Assembly (NCBI GenBank): GCA_034667685.1 | Contig: JAXDQU010000122.1 | Coordinates: forward strand, 1 to 63,721 | DNA from: Thermoplasmata archaeon | GTDB lineage: Archaea; Thermoplasmatota; SW-10-69-26; JACQPN01; JAJPHT01 | Direction of reading: 5' to 3' | DNA length: 63,721 nt | In this document: piece by piece, positions 18,334 through 27,680 of the stretch | Position numbering within the stretch: position 1 is the stretch's first letter | Layout: every line of letters starts with the position of its first letter | The notes under the pieces: model-generated | What the model saw: the letters and a program-made list of their open reading frames with translations, nothing else | What the model was told of the DNA's origin: nothing | Databases searched by the model: none | Made by a program: the position numbers and the translations under genes

Positions 18334-18402
18334 GCTCCCTTCCCAACACCGAGAATCCCGGAATCCGCGGATGCCTCGGATGCGCGGTGTTGGGAAGGGA
18401 GC
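18334..18402. repeat. Intergenic palindrome family G
   Basis: gctcccttcccaacaccg ... cggtgttgggaagggagc with inner gaatcc/ggatgc units; left arm recurs at 46326-46346. Confidence 0.75.
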
Positions 18403-18405
18403 GGC

Positions 18406-19194
18406 TCACTCGCCCTTGAAGCTCGGCGGCCTCTTCTCCACAAAGGCCGTGATGCCCTCGCGCAGGTCGCTGGAGGTCATGACCTCGCCGACGACCTTCT
18501 CGGAGGCCGCGAGCGCCTGCTCGATGGGGACGCCGATGCCCTCGTTGATGGCCTGCTTCGCGTTGCGGACCGCGACGGGGCTCGCCTTGCCGGCGATGCG
18601 CTTCGCGATGTCGAGCGCGGCGCGGACCTCGTCGCCGTCGGGGACGACCTTGTTGACGAGGTTGATCTTCGTGGCCTGCTGCGCGTTGATGAGCTGGCCC
18701 GTGTAGATGATCTCCTTCGCGTTGCCGATGCCCACGACGCGGGGCAGGCGCGCGGTGCCGCCCCAGGCGGGGATCAGGCCCAGCGTGACCTCGGGCAGGC
18801 CGAAGCGCGCGCGGTCGCTGCTGATCCTGATATCACAGGCGAGCGCCAGCTCCAGCCCGCCGCCCAGCGTCAGGTTGTTGATCGCGCAGAGCACGGGCGC
18901 GGGGAAGTTCTCGATCTTGTTGAAGACGTCGACGCCCTGCTGGAGGAACTCGGCCGCCTTCGCGGGGTTCGTCTCGAACTCGCGCATCGCCTTCACGTCG
19001 GCGCCCGCGCAGAACGCGTTCGCGCCCGAGCCGGTGATGATGACGGCGCGCACCTTCTGCGCCTTGAACTGGTCGAGCGCGGCGTCGATCTCCTTGAGCA
19101 CCGCGGGCGAGAGCGCGTTGACGGGGGGCGACGCCAGGGTGAGGGTGCCGATGTTGTCCTCGACCTTGGTCTTGATGTGCTGGAAGTCGGCCAT
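18406..19194 (-). CDS. Enoyl-CoA hydratase/crotonase family protein
   Basis: PPVNAL, AFCAGAD, GGGLELALACDIR, FGLPEVTLGLIP. Confidence 0.95.
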   Translation of the reverse strand: MADFQHIKTKVEDNIGTLTLASPPVNALSPAVLKEIDAALDQFKAQKVRAVIITGSGANAFCAGADVKAMREFETNPAKAAEFLQQGVDVFNKIENFPAPVLCAINNLTLGGGLELALACDIRISSDRARFGLPEVTLGLIPAWGGTARLPRVVGIGNAKEIIYTGQLINAQQATKINLVNKVVPDGDEVRAALDIAKRIAGKASPVAVRNAKQAINEGIGVPIEQALAASEKVVGEVMTSSDLREGITAFVEKRPPSFKGE

Positions 19195-19287
19195 CGCCCC
19201 AAAGGATCGGCCGGCGTTGATAAGCCCTTTTCGAACAAAGGGCGCCCCTCGGGAGTGAAAAGGCTCCCGGGGGCAGGGGCGCGGGGC

Positions 19288-19674
19288 TCAGCGGCGCCGC
19301 GCCAGCACGATGGCCGCCGCGACCGCGCCCACGAGCGCCACGGCCTCGAAGCCGGGCGTGGCGTGCGCGCCCTCGTCCGCGGCGGGTCCCGTGGGCGTGG
19401 GCGTCGCGGACTCTGAGTCCGTGAGCCACGACGCGCTGTCGTCCGCGGGCACCGACGTGTCGAGGTCCGAGTCGTTCAGCGAGGGATCGGCGGGCGCCGC
19501 GCTCGCGTTGGCGTCGGTCCCGTTCGTGTCGTCGAGATAGCTCTCGTCGGCCGGGGGCGTCGAGGTGTCCATCTCGGTCTGGTTCACGGTCGGGTCGGCG
19601 GTCTGCGCGTGCGCGAGCGGCAGCGCCAGCAGCGCGCCCGCGAGGAGCGCGTAGGACAGGCGCAGCGCGCTCAC
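19288..19674 (-). CDS. Acidic low-complexity secreted protein with PGF-CTERM signal
   Basis: GTG overlaps the upstream stop; signal peptide; D/S/T-rich body with DTSxPxxDES-like repeat; TPGFEAVALVGAVAAAIVLARRR. Confidence 0.8.
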   Translation of the reverse strand: MSALRLSYALLAGALLALPLAHAQTADPTVNQTEMDTSTPPADESYLDDTNGTDANASAAPADPSLNDSDLDTSVPADDSASWLTDSESATPTPTGPAADEGAHATPGFEAVALVGAVAAAIVLARRR

Positions 19675-20213
19675 CCGCTGTGGTGGTGGCGCTCGTTGAT
19701 CTCGTCGCGGTGGTGGCCGAACTGCGCGAGCGCGGCGGTGCGCAGCGCGACGAGCGTGTCGTGGAGCTTGTCCTGCGCGGCGCGGATGTCGGCGTGGGCC
19801 TTCTCGATGAGGGGCTTCAGGCCGTCGCGGACGCAGTGCTGGTCGCCCTCGGTGCCGTTGCCCTTCGTCGCGTTGCGCTCCGCGCGGCAGGCGTCGATGA
19901 CCTTCGTCTTGTTCTCCAGGAAGGAGGCGCGGATGCCATCGAGCGTGTCGCGGTAGAGCTTCAGGGCGGCGGAGCGGTTCTCCTGGAAGGAGGAGAGGGC
20001 CGCGTGGCGCGCGCCTTCGAGCTCGTCGTGGCGCTGGTGCTCGTCGGTCTCGTTGCGCGTCTCGTTGGTCTCGTTGCCGTGCGGGCCGGGGTGGTCCGCC
20101 GCGCTCTCGTTCGCGTGCTCGGAGCCGCCCTGCGCGCTGGCGAAGGCGGCCGTGCCGGCGGTGGCGACGAGGAGGAGGCCCAGGAGGGCCAGGAGGGGGG
20201 TCGGGGTGCGCAT
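19671..20213 (-). CDS. Secreted helical protein with N-glycosylation sequons
   Basis: Signal peptide; NET x3, NES, NRS, NKT, NAT, NGT; one Cys pair; CTTATA box at about 20250-20256. Confidence 0.75.
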   Translation of the reverse strand: MRTPTPLLALLGLLLVATAGTAAFASAQGGSEHANESAADHPGPHGNETNETRNETDEHQRHDELEGARHAALSSFQENRSAALKLYRDTLDGIRASFLENKTKVIDACRAERNATKGNGTEGDQHCVRDGLKPLIEKAHADIRAAQDKLHDTLVALRTAALAQFGHHRDEINERHHHSG

Positions 20214-20283
20214 GGGTTGTTCCTCGACGCCGCACTCCTGTGCCGGGACGTATAAGGGACTTGGGGCGGACTTCGAAGGTTGA

Positions 20284-20727
20284 TCAGGACGCGTTCAAGA
20301 CCCCTTCGGCCTGGGCCTGCGCGTAGGCCGCCGCCGAGAGATCCGGCTGGGGCGGGGCCGGCAGGGAGGGAATCTCGGCGTGGACCTCGGCCTTGGCTTC
20401 GCTGGCCGCGCCGAAGAGGCCGCGGATCCAGGCGCCGAAGCTGGCCATCTGGTGGCCGAAGCTCGCGGCGAGGCCGTGCCCGGCCTCCACCGTCGCGTCC
20501 GCCTTCGCGTGCGCGTCCTGCGCGGTGGCTTCGGCGCTCGCCTTCGTCGCGTCGACGCGCGCCTGGGCGTCGGCCAGCGTGCTCTCCGCGAGCTTCTGCG
20601 CGCCGGAGGCATCGGCCGAGGCGTGCGCGTCGGCCTGGACGTCCACGAGCGGGAGCGCGGCGGCGGCGCCGGAGAGGAGCAGGAGGGTCACGAGGCAGGC
20701 GGTGGGGATCAGGGCGGGGGTTCGCAT
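20284..20727 (-). CDS. Secreted Ala-rich protein
   Basis: Signal peptide (MRTP start like the next gene); Ala-rich helical body. Confidence 0.7.
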   Translation of the reverse strand: MRTPALIPTACLVTLLLLSGAAAALPLVDVQADAHASADASGAQKLAESTLADAQARVDATKASAEATAQDAHAKADATVEAGHGLAASFGHQMASFGAWIRGLFGAASEAKAEVHAEIPSLPAPPQPDLSAAAYAQAQAEGVLNAS

Positions 20728-20790
20728 GGTGGTCGCCGAAGCCCTGCTCGCGGCCGGAGGGTGATATCGGATTTGGATTCGCTGGGAAAC

Positions 20791-21141
20791 TCAGGCCGGC
20801 ACGATGCAGAACTCGTTCCCGTCCGGGTCGAGCATCACGATCCAGGATGCGTTGGGCGGATAGTAGGGCCAGTCCGCGCGCTTCGCGCCCAGGCCTTCGA
20901 GCCGGCGCGCCTCGGCCTCCACGTCCGCGGCGGCGAGGTCCACGTGCGCGCGGTTCGCGTCGCGCTTCGGGTCGTCGCGCGGCTGCAGGCCCAGGGCAAT
21001 GCCCTTGCCGCGCGGGTCCGCGAGCGTCGTCCACGTCTCGCCCTCGTCCTTGATATCATAGTGGAGCGCCTCGCGCCAGAACGAGGCAGCGCGCTTCACG
21101 TCGGAGACGTCGAGGACGATCGTGGCCAGACGCAGGGTCAT
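20791..21141 (-). CDS. VOC/glyoxalase-like protein
   Basis: FWREALH, NRAHVDL, LDPDGNEFCI. Confidence 0.9.
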   Translation of the reverse strand: MTLRLATIVLDVSDVKRAASFWREALHYDIKDEGETWTTLADPRGKGIALGLQPRDDPKRDANRAHVDLAAADVEAEARRLEGLGAKRADWPYYPPNASWIVMLDPDGNEFCIVPA

Positions 21142-21208
21142 GGCAAGGCGAGCGCCGCGCCAGAGCTTGGCGTTGCTGCCGGCGCAGGCCGGCCCGCGCG
21201 TCTTCGGA

Positions 21209-21616
21209 TCAGTCGAGCTTCGCTTCCCACGTGACGGGGATGCCCTTCTCCAGCGTCGCGCCGACGCTGCAATATTTCTCGACGGAGAGGCGCACCGCGT
21301 CCTCGAACGCCTTCACGGGCACCTCGCCCTTGACGCGGAAGACCAGGTTCACGCCCAGGAAGGGCTTGGGCGTCACGTTGTCCGGCCGCGCGCCGTGGCA
21401 CTCCACGCGCAGGTCCTGGTAGGCCAGGCGCTTCTTCTTCAGGATGACGTCGACGTCCATGAGCGCGCACGCGCCCGCCGCGGCGAGCAGGTGCTGCATG
21501 GGCGAGGCGCCGTGCTTGCCCTCGCTGTCGAAGGTGAGGACGGGCCCTTCGGGCGTCGCGCAGTCGAGCGCATTGCCGCTCCCCGTGTGCGTCACGGTCA
21601 GCGTCATCGTGGCCAT
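21209..21616 (-). CDS. OsmC/YhfA family protein
   Basis: GASPMQHLLAAAGACALMDV, SVEKYCSVGATL. Confidence 0.9.
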   Translation of the reverse strand: MATMTLTVTHTGSGNALDCATPEGPVLTFDSEGKHGASPMQHLLAAAGACALMDVDVILKKKRLAYQDLRVECHGARPDNVTPKPFLGVNLVFRVKGEVPVKAFEDAVRLSVEKYCSVGATLEKGIPVTWEAKLD

Positions 21617-21703
21617 GCCTGGCGCACGCGGAGGGTGGGAGATAAGCCTTGGCGGGCAGCCTCGCCTAGCTTCTTGCACCGCACGCCCATTCGGGGCAAC
21701 TCG

Positions 21704-22102
21704 GTGAACCCCGTGACGACCATCGAGAACATCCACACCGTCTACGTGAAGGCCGACAACCGGCCCGGCTCGCTCGAGCGAATCGCCAAGGCGCTGGGCG
21801 AGAAGCGCATCAACATCGACGCGATCAGCGTCGAGACCGTGGGCTCCACGGGCTTCGCGCGCCTCGTCACGAACCGCCCCAACGAGGCCGTCGAGGCGCT
21901 GCGCCACGCTCGCCTCGAGGCCTACGACAGCCCGGCGCTGCTCGTCGCGCTCCCCAACCGCCCCGCCGAGCTGGGCCGCGCGTGCGCCGAGCTTTCCGCC
22001 GCGGGCATCAACATCGAGGGCGTCATCACGACGGCCGACGGCCGCCTCGTGGTGCGCACGCACGACAACGAGCGCGCCGCGCAGATCCTCAGGAAACTCT
22101 GA
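21704..22102 (+). CDS. Tandem ACT-domain protein
   Basis: DNRPGSLERIAKALGEKRINID and PNRPAELGRACAELSAAGINIE. Confidence 0.85.
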   Translation: MNPVTTIENIHTVYVKADNRPGSLERIAKALGEKRINIDAISVETVGSTGFARLVTNRPNEAVEALRHARLEAYDSPALLVALPNRPAELGRACAELSAAGINIEGVITTADGRLVVRTHDNERAAQILRKL

Positions 22103-23003
22103 GGCTCTCGACGCGACCGCCTTCGCCTCGCAGCAGGGCCGCCACGATGCGGCCCGTCCTCTGATATCGTTCTCGCACCGTGCGGCGGTCGTAGGCGGCG
22201 ACGTGCGGCGTGAGCACCACGTTGTCGAGCCCGGCGAAGCGCGCCAGGTCCTCCGCGGGCTCGGGCTCGCCGGGCAGCACGTCCGCCGCGTAGCCCGCGA
22301 GCCGGCCCGCGCGCAGCGCCTCCGCCACGGCGGCCTGGTCGACGACCGCGCCGCGCGACGTGTTGACCAGCAGCGCCGGCGCCCGCAGCAGGGCCAGCTC
22401 CCGCGCGCCGATCATGCCGCGCGTGGCGGCGTCGAGCGGCACGTGGACGCTGAGCGCGTCGCTCCCTTCGAGCAGCGCGTCCAGGCTCTCCGCCATGCGG
22501 AAGCCCGGCCTCGGCTTGATATCATACGCCCAGGCGTCCACGCCCAGCTCCGCGAGCTGCCGGAGCACGCGCTCGCCGATCCGCCCCGCGCCCAGCACGC
22601 CCACCCTCAGCTCGTCCAGCTCGCGCGAGACGAGCCCGTCGCGGCGCCACGAGCCCGCGCGCGTCCGCGCCGCCGCCTCCGGCACGCGCCGCGCGAGCAT
22701 CATCAGGAACGTCACGGCGAGCGAGGCGACCGGATCGGCGGCGTAGTCGCCCAGGTGATAGCACGCGACGTCCGCCAGCGGCAGGTGGTCGAAGCCGTCG
22801 GAGCGCGTGACCACCGCCTCCAGGTCGGGGAACGCCGCGAGCGTGTCGCGCGTCACGCGGTCCGCGTACGAGACGCACAGCACGCGCACGCCGCGCTCGC
22901 CCATTGACGGGCCCAGCGGCGCCGCGACGATCCGCGCGCCGGGAAGCGAGGCCTCCGCCAACGCGCGCTCCTCGCGGGGCACGGACGTGACGAGGACGGT
23001 CAC
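22089..23003 (-). CDS. D-isomer-specific 2-hydroxyacid dehydrogenase
   Basis: TRSDGFDH, GAGRIG, LVNTSRG, LTPHVA. Confidence 0.9.
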   Translation of the reverse strand: MTVLVTSVPREERALAEASLPGARIVAAPLGPSMGERGVRVLCVSYADRVTRDTLAAFPDLEAVVTRSDGFDHLPLADVACYHLGDYAADPVASLAVTFLMMLARRVPEAAARTRAGSWRRDGLVSRELDELRVGVLGAGRIGERVLRQLAELGVDAWAYDIKPRPGFRMAESLDALLEGSDALSVHVPLDAATRGMIGARELALLRAPALLVNTSRGAVVDQAAVAEALRAGRLAGYAADVLPGEPEPAEDLARFAGLDNVVLTPHVAAYDRRTVRERYQRTGRIVAALLRGEGGRVESLRVS

Positions 23004-23060
23004 GAGGGCGCCACGGCCACGCCGCGCATGAAGCCTGCCTCGACCCGCGCGAAACGGGGC

Positions 23061-23255
23061 CTACTCGCGCACCCACTCGGTGTCGCGCGTGATGGGGACG
23101 TCGGCGCCGCAATGGGCGCACTTGACGCGCGTGCCGGGGAGGGCGACCGCGCTCACAAGCTCCGCCTGGGTCCAGGGCTCCTGCAGCGCCGGCTTGCCGC
23201 ACGTGGGGCACCGGGGCGTGGATCGCACGGACACCGGCATGCCCCACGGCGTCAT
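23061..23255 (-). CDS. CPxCG-type small Zn-finger protein
   Basis: CPTCG ... CAHCG; divergent from the TrmB gene. Confidence 0.65.
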   Translation of the reverse strand: MTPWGMPVSVRSTPRCPTCGKPALQEPWTQAELVSAVALPGTRVKCAHCGADVPITRDTEWVRE

Positions 23256-23316
23256 GACCCCGACGGGTGTCGCCCTGCGACAGACAATCTTCTTCTCCCG
23301 GACGCGCTCTCCCTTC

Positions 23317-24177
23317 GTGGATCCTGACCCGTGGAGCGCCCTGGAGGAGTCGCTTGCCCTCCTGGGACTGGACCCGCGACGCGCGCGCCTCTACGTCATC
23401 CTCGTGACGCGGGGGCCGCTGCGCGCCAGCGAGCTGGCCGAGGCCGCGCGCATGCAGCGCACCGAGGCGTACCGCGCCATGGAGGAGCTGCTCCAGGGCG
23501 GCTTCGCACGGGCGAGCCTGGAGCGGCCGACGCGCTACGTGGCGGTCCCCCCCGCGTCGGTCTGGGACCAGGCGCTCGCGTCGCACCGCGCCCGCACCGC
23601 GCTCCTGGAGTCGGGCCGCAGCGCATGCCTCGCGGCGCTCGCGGACATCGCGCCCCCGGCGCCCTCCGGTCCGATCGTCCTCTCCCACCGGATCCTCAGC
23701 GGCCGCGAGACGATCTACGAGACCGTCGAGGCGATGATCACCGGCGCGCGGCGCGACCACTGCATGGTCAGCAGCGCGCTCGTCCCTGAGCAGGTCACGC
23801 TGTCGAACCGACCCTTCCGGGCGACGATGCTCCGCGCCCGCGACGGGCTCCCCATGCGCCTCGTCTTCCCCGACTCGCCCGGTCTGGGCACGCTCGTCGC
23901 CCCCTTCATCGGGCTGCCCAACGTCGAGATCCGCACCTTCTCCTTCCCCGCGCCGCTGCGCCTCTCCATCGTGGACCGCCGCGAGGTCGTGCAGTGGCTC
24001 GCGAGCGACGCCTCCCCGCGCCTGGACGCGAAGGGCGACGTCGCCATGATGACCAACGCGCCCGAGTTCCTCGCCACGCAGACCGCGCTCTTCGAGGCGC
24101 TCTGGGCGCGCGCGACCCCCTGGCAGGCGTGGATCGGACGCCGCATCCCCCTCGACGCCCCCCAGCCCCAGCCTTAG
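23317..24177 (+). CDS. TrmB-family transcriptional regulator
   Basis: LALLGL...ARLYVIL...ASELAEAA...EAYRAMEEL...RPTRYVAVPP; C-terminal IVDRREV, LFEALW. Confidence 0.85.
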   Translation: MDPDPWSALEESLALLGLDPRRARLYVILVTRGPLRASELAEAARMQRTEAYRAMEELLQGGFARASLERPTRYVAVPPASVWDQALASHRARTALLESGRSACLAALADIAPPAPSGPIVLSHRILSGRETIYETVEAMITGARRDHCMVSSALVPEQVTLSNRPFRATMLRARDGLPMRLVFPDSPGLGTLVAPFIGLPNVEIRTFSFPAPLRLSIVDRREVVQWLASDASPRLDAKGDVAMMTNAPEFLATQTALFEALWARATPWQAWIGRRIPLDAPQPQP

Positions 24178-24282
24178 CCTTAGCCTCAGCCCCATTCTCA
24201 GCCTCCCGGCCCCCGCGCCTGCGGCCGCAGCGACGGTGTGCGAGGCTAAGGCTAGAGGCTAAGGCTCAAGCTGAGGCTGGGG
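24160..24282. repeat. Iterated palindrome family D (AGCCTT / AAGGCT 6-nt units)
   Basis: cagccccagccttagccttagcctcagcc ... gaggctaaggctagaggctaaggctcaagctgaggctgggg; left arm supplies the TrmB stop codon. Confidence 0.75.
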
Positions 24283-24286
24283 AAGC

Positions 24287-25585
24287 ATGCGGCCCCTTCT
24301 GCTCGCGCTCGTCCTGATCGCGGCCGGCTGCCTCACGCCCGGCCACACGGCCCCGACCTCGCCCACCGCCGCGGATGCGCTCGCGCCGATCGTCTTCTCC
24401 GCGCCGAAGATCCTCGATCCGGTGCGCAGCGGCGGCGAGCCCATCATCTTCGAGACGCCCAAGCACACGCTGCTGATCGCGGCGCACCCGGGCTTCACGC
24501 ACGTCAAGGCGCCGCCGGGCCCCGAGCTTCTCCAGGACGCCAACGGCCAGAGCTACCTCTACCGCTCGACGGACGCGGGGAAGACCTGGACCGTCGTGAC
24601 CGGGCCGGCCAACACGCCGCGCAACGATGCGTGGGGCATCAGCGACCCCGACCTCGCCACCAACGCCGACGGCTCGAAGCTCGTCATGGTGGACCTCCAG
24701 GCCGTGAGCGTCGCCACGCAGGCCAGCGCGGACGACGGCGCCTCGTGGCCCAGCGCGAGCCCGATGGTCACGGACCCGCAGGACGGCAGCGTCGACCGCC
24801 CATGGCTCACGTTTGCCAACGGCCACTTCTACATGCTCTACAACGGCGACGGCAACGGCCACTGGCGCCTGCGGCAGAGCGATGACGGCGTGACGTGGAC
24901 CGACCTCTCGACGCCGGGCGACGGCAGCTACCCGGGCGCCATGGTCGCGGGCCCCGACGGATCGCTCTACGTGGGGAACGGCGACAAGGTCTGGGCCTCG
25001 ACCGACCAGGGCAAGACGTTCGCGTCGAGCAAGGTCCCCGCGCAGAAGCCCATGACGGGCATCACGGCGCAGCGCCCCGCGGTCGACGACGCGGGCACCG
25101 TCTACTTCGCGTGGTCCGAGCTCCACTCGATCTGGTACGCCGCGAGCCACGACCACGGCAAGACGTGGGGCACGCCGCACGCGCTCACGGCCGACCTGCC
25201 CGGCACGCACATCTGGCCCTGGCCCGCGGCGGGCGCGCCCGGCAAGCTCGTCGTGGCGTGGGTCGGCACCACCCAGAAGAACGACGACCCCAGCGCGGTC
25301 ACGGGCGACTGGCTCGTCCACGTCGCGGTCGTCTCCGACGCCGACACCGACCATCCCGTGATCCAGGGCGGCCCGGTCGCGGGCGCGAAGGTCACGACGG
25401 GCGGCATCTGCATCGACGGCACCGCGTGCGAGGCCGAGGCGAAGGACCGGCGGCTGGGCGACTTCATCACCGTGATCGTCGACCACGCGGGCCTCGCGCA
25501 GATCGCCTACGGCACGACCACGACCGGGCACTCGATCTCGTCGCCGGCGTACATCGTCGAGACGGGCGGGCCGCGGCTGCGTTGA
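24287..25585 (+). CDS. Lipoprotein with BNR/Asp-box repeats (sialidase-like)
   Basis: Lipobox AAGC; STDAGKTW, SADDGASW, SDDGVTW, STDQGKTF, SHDHGKTW; LGDFI. Confidence 0.9.
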   Translation: MRPLLLALVLIAAGCLTPGHTAPTSPTAADALAPIVFSAPKILDPVRSGGEPIIFETPKHTLLIAAHPGFTHVKAPPGPELLQDANGQSYLYRSTDAGKTWTVVTGPANTPRNDAWGISDPDLATNADGSKLVMVDLQAVSVATQASADDGASWPSASPMVTDPQDGSVDRPWLTFANGHFYMLYNGDGNGHWRLRQSDDGVTWTDLSTPGDGSYPGAMVAGPDGSLYVGNGDKVWASTDQGKTFASSKVPAQKPMTGITAQRPAVDDAGTVYFAWSELHSIWYAASHDHGKTWGTPHALTADLPGTHIWPWPAAGAPGKLVVAWVGTTQKNDDPSAVTGDWLVHVAVVSDADTDHPVIQGGPVAGAKVTTGGICIDGTACEAEAKDRRLGDFITVIVDHAGLAQIAYGTTTTGHSISSPAYIVETGGPRLR

Positions 25586-25602
25586 TCATTTCGCTCGTCC
25601 GA

Positions 25603-25685
25603 CTTCAACACGAAGGCACGAAGCCACGAAGAGCACGAATCTCTGAGGCTCCGTGGCTTCGTGCCTTCGTGCCTTCGTGTTGAAG
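25603..25685. repeat. Iterated palindrome family C (CACGAAG units)
   Basis: cttcaacacgaaggcacgaagccacgaagagcacgaa ... ttcgtgccttcgtgccttcgtgttgaag. Confidence 0.8.
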
Positions 25686-25741
25686 CGGGCCGGCGGTCGA
25701 CCCGAAACGTTGATGGGCGAACCGGATTTGGCCAGGAGCGA

Positions 25742-26617
25742 ATGCCAGCGGGCACCTGCGACTTCTGCGGCGTGGAGGAGTACATGCCCTACGCCTGCAA
25801 GTTCTGCAAGGGACGCTTCTGCGCCGCGCACCGGCTGCCGGAGAACCACGGCTGCGCGGGGCTGGGCGCGTACAAGGACAAGGTGCGCGAGCAGGGGCGC
25901 GTCTTCCAGAGCGATCCGCTCGTCCGCCCCGTCGTGGCGAAGCCCGCCCGGGCGCGCGCGAGCCTCGACTCGCTCTGGGCGAAGCTCGACGGCAAGGTCT
26001 CCTACGTCATCATCGGCGTGTGCCTCGCCGTCTTCCTCGTGCAGGTGATCCTCCAGGCGGCCGGGCAGGGTGCGCTGGAGACCGACCTGTTCGTCATCAC
26101 GAACGGCTTCGTCACGCACCCGTGGACGATCGTGACGTCGCTGTTCGCCCACGAGAACCTCTACCCGCACCTGTTCTTCAACATGCTCGCGATCGCGTTC
26201 ATGGGCCCCGCCGTCGAGCGGCTGATCGGCTCGCGGCGCTTCGCCCTGCTCTTCCTGCTCTCAGGCGCCGTGGCGGCCGTCGCACAGATCCTCATCGAGG
26301 AGGCGCTGCACCCCGGCGAGGCCGTGGGCGCGCTGGGCGCGTCGGGCGCCATCCAGGGATTCATGGGCACGCTCGTCGTCCTCGCGCCGACGCTGACGAT
26401 CCTCGTGTTCTTCGTCATCCCGGCGCCGCTCTGGGCGTTCATCGCCTTCTTCGTGCTGCTGGACCTCGTGGGCGTCATCTCGCCGGGCGACAGCGTCGCG
26501 CACTTCGCGCACCTCGCCGGCCTCGCCGTGGGCGTCGCGTACGGCTTCTACCTCCGCCAGCGCGGCCTCCGCGCCGTCGTCCGCCCGCGTGAGCCGACCA
26601 TCCGCAGGTACTTCTGA
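25742..26617 (+). CDS. Rhomboid intramembrane protease with N-terminal AN1-type Zn finger
   Basis: CDFC..CKFCKGRFCAAHRLPENHGC; HLFFNM, GASG, AHLAG. Confidence 0.92.
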   Translation: MPAGTCDFCGVEEYMPYACKFCKGRFCAAHRLPENHGCAGLGAYKDKVREQGRVFQSDPLVRPVVAKPARARASLDSLWAKLDGKVSYVIIGVCLAVFLVQVILQAAGQGALETDLFVITNGFVTHPWTIVTSLFAHENLYPHLFFNMLAIAFMGPAVERLIGSRRFALLFLLSGAVAAVAQILIEEALHPGEAVGALGASGAIQGFMGTLVVLAPTLTILVFFVIPAPLWAFIAFFVLLDLVGVISPGDSVAHFAHLAGLAVGVAYGFYLRQRGLRAVVRPREPTIRRYF

Positions 26618-26618
26618 C

Positions 26619-27155
26619 ATGCAGCCCGCCGTTTTTCTTGACCGGGACGGCGTCCTGAACAAGCGCCACTTCCCCGTCGTGCGTCGACCCGACCAGCTCG
26701 TCCTTCTACCGGGCCTGGGCGAGGCGGCGGCGCGCCTGTCGAAGGCGGGCTACGCGCTCTGCATCGCGACCAACCAGGAGCTGGTCGGGCACGGCTACAT
26801 CACGCGCGCGGACCACGACGAGGTGATGCGCCTCTGCGTCGCGGCGCTGGAGTCCGAAGGCGCGAAGGTGACGGGCGTCTACGCCTGCGTCCACCCGCGC
26901 GGGAGCGGCTGCGACGACCAGAAGCCCAAGCCGGGCATGCTGCTCCAGGCCGCGCGGGAGCACGGGCTCGACCTCGCGCGCTCGTTCATGGTGGGCGACC
27001 AGCGCAAGGACATGCAGGCGGGACGCGCGGCCGGCTGCCGCACGGTGCTCGTGGACCCGCGCCTGCGCACGAGGCTCCAGGGCGCGGAGCGCTACGCGGA
27101 CCACGTGTGCGCCGACCTGCCCGCCGCCGCTAGCTGGATCCTGGCCCAGGGCTAG
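26619..27155 (+). CDS. HAD-IIIA phosphatase (GmhB/HisB-like)
   Basis: FLDRDGVLN, ATNQ, KPKPGML, MVGD. Confidence 0.9.
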   Translation: MQPAVFLDRDGVLNKRHFPVVRRPDQLVLLPGLGEAAARLSKAGYALCIATNQELVGHGYITRADHDEVMRLCVAALESEGAKVTGVYACVHPRGSGCDDQKPKPGMLLQAAREHGLDLARSFMVGDQRKDMQAGRAAGCRTVLVDPRLRTRLQGAERYADHVCADLPAAASWILAQG

Positions 27156-27624
27156 CGTCCTCGGCCGGCGCGGGGCGCTCGCTGACGAGCGCGGACCACC
27201 AGAGCCACGCGCCCGCCGCGCCGAACACGTTGGCGAGGCCGATGACGGTCGCGCCGGCCAGGAGGTACTGGCCCACGAACCACGACCGCGCGACCGCGAC
27301 GAGGAGGACGCCGGGCGCCGCGAGGCGCGGCGAGAGCGCCGGCAACGCCCAGCCGACCGGGACGGCGTACACGAAGACGAAGACCGGCGAGAGGCCGCCG
27401 GTGGACTGGAGCAGCGCGCGCACGAGCGTGAGCGCCGCCACGACGCCGAGCAGCCAGCGCGGGACGGCCTCACCACGCCACGCGCGCCAGAGGGCGAAGC
27501 CCAACGCGAGCACGAGGCCCGCGCCCACCAGCGCGAAGGTCGCGGCGCCGACGCTGGCGAGGTAGGCGGCGAGGATCAGCTCGAAGAGGAACAGGCCGGC
27601 GGGGCCCCACGCGGCGCGGCGCAT
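27130..27624 (-). CDS. Hypothetical polytopic membrane protein
   Basis: MRRAAWGPAGLFLFELILAAYL...; about 6 hydrophobic segments. Confidence 0.65.
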   Translation of the reverse strand: MRRAAWGPAGLFLFELILAAYLASVGAATFALVGAGLVLALGFALWRAWRGEAVPRWLLGVVAALTLVRALLQSTGGLSPVFVFVYAVPVGWALPALSPRLAAPGVLLVAVARSWFVGQYLLAGATVIGLANVFGAAGAWLWWSALVSERPAPAEDASPGPGSS

Positions 27625-27680
27625 GCGCGGGGGAGCGCGGCCCGCGAGCTTGAGCCGATCGCCGGCCCACGCCGGTCCCG

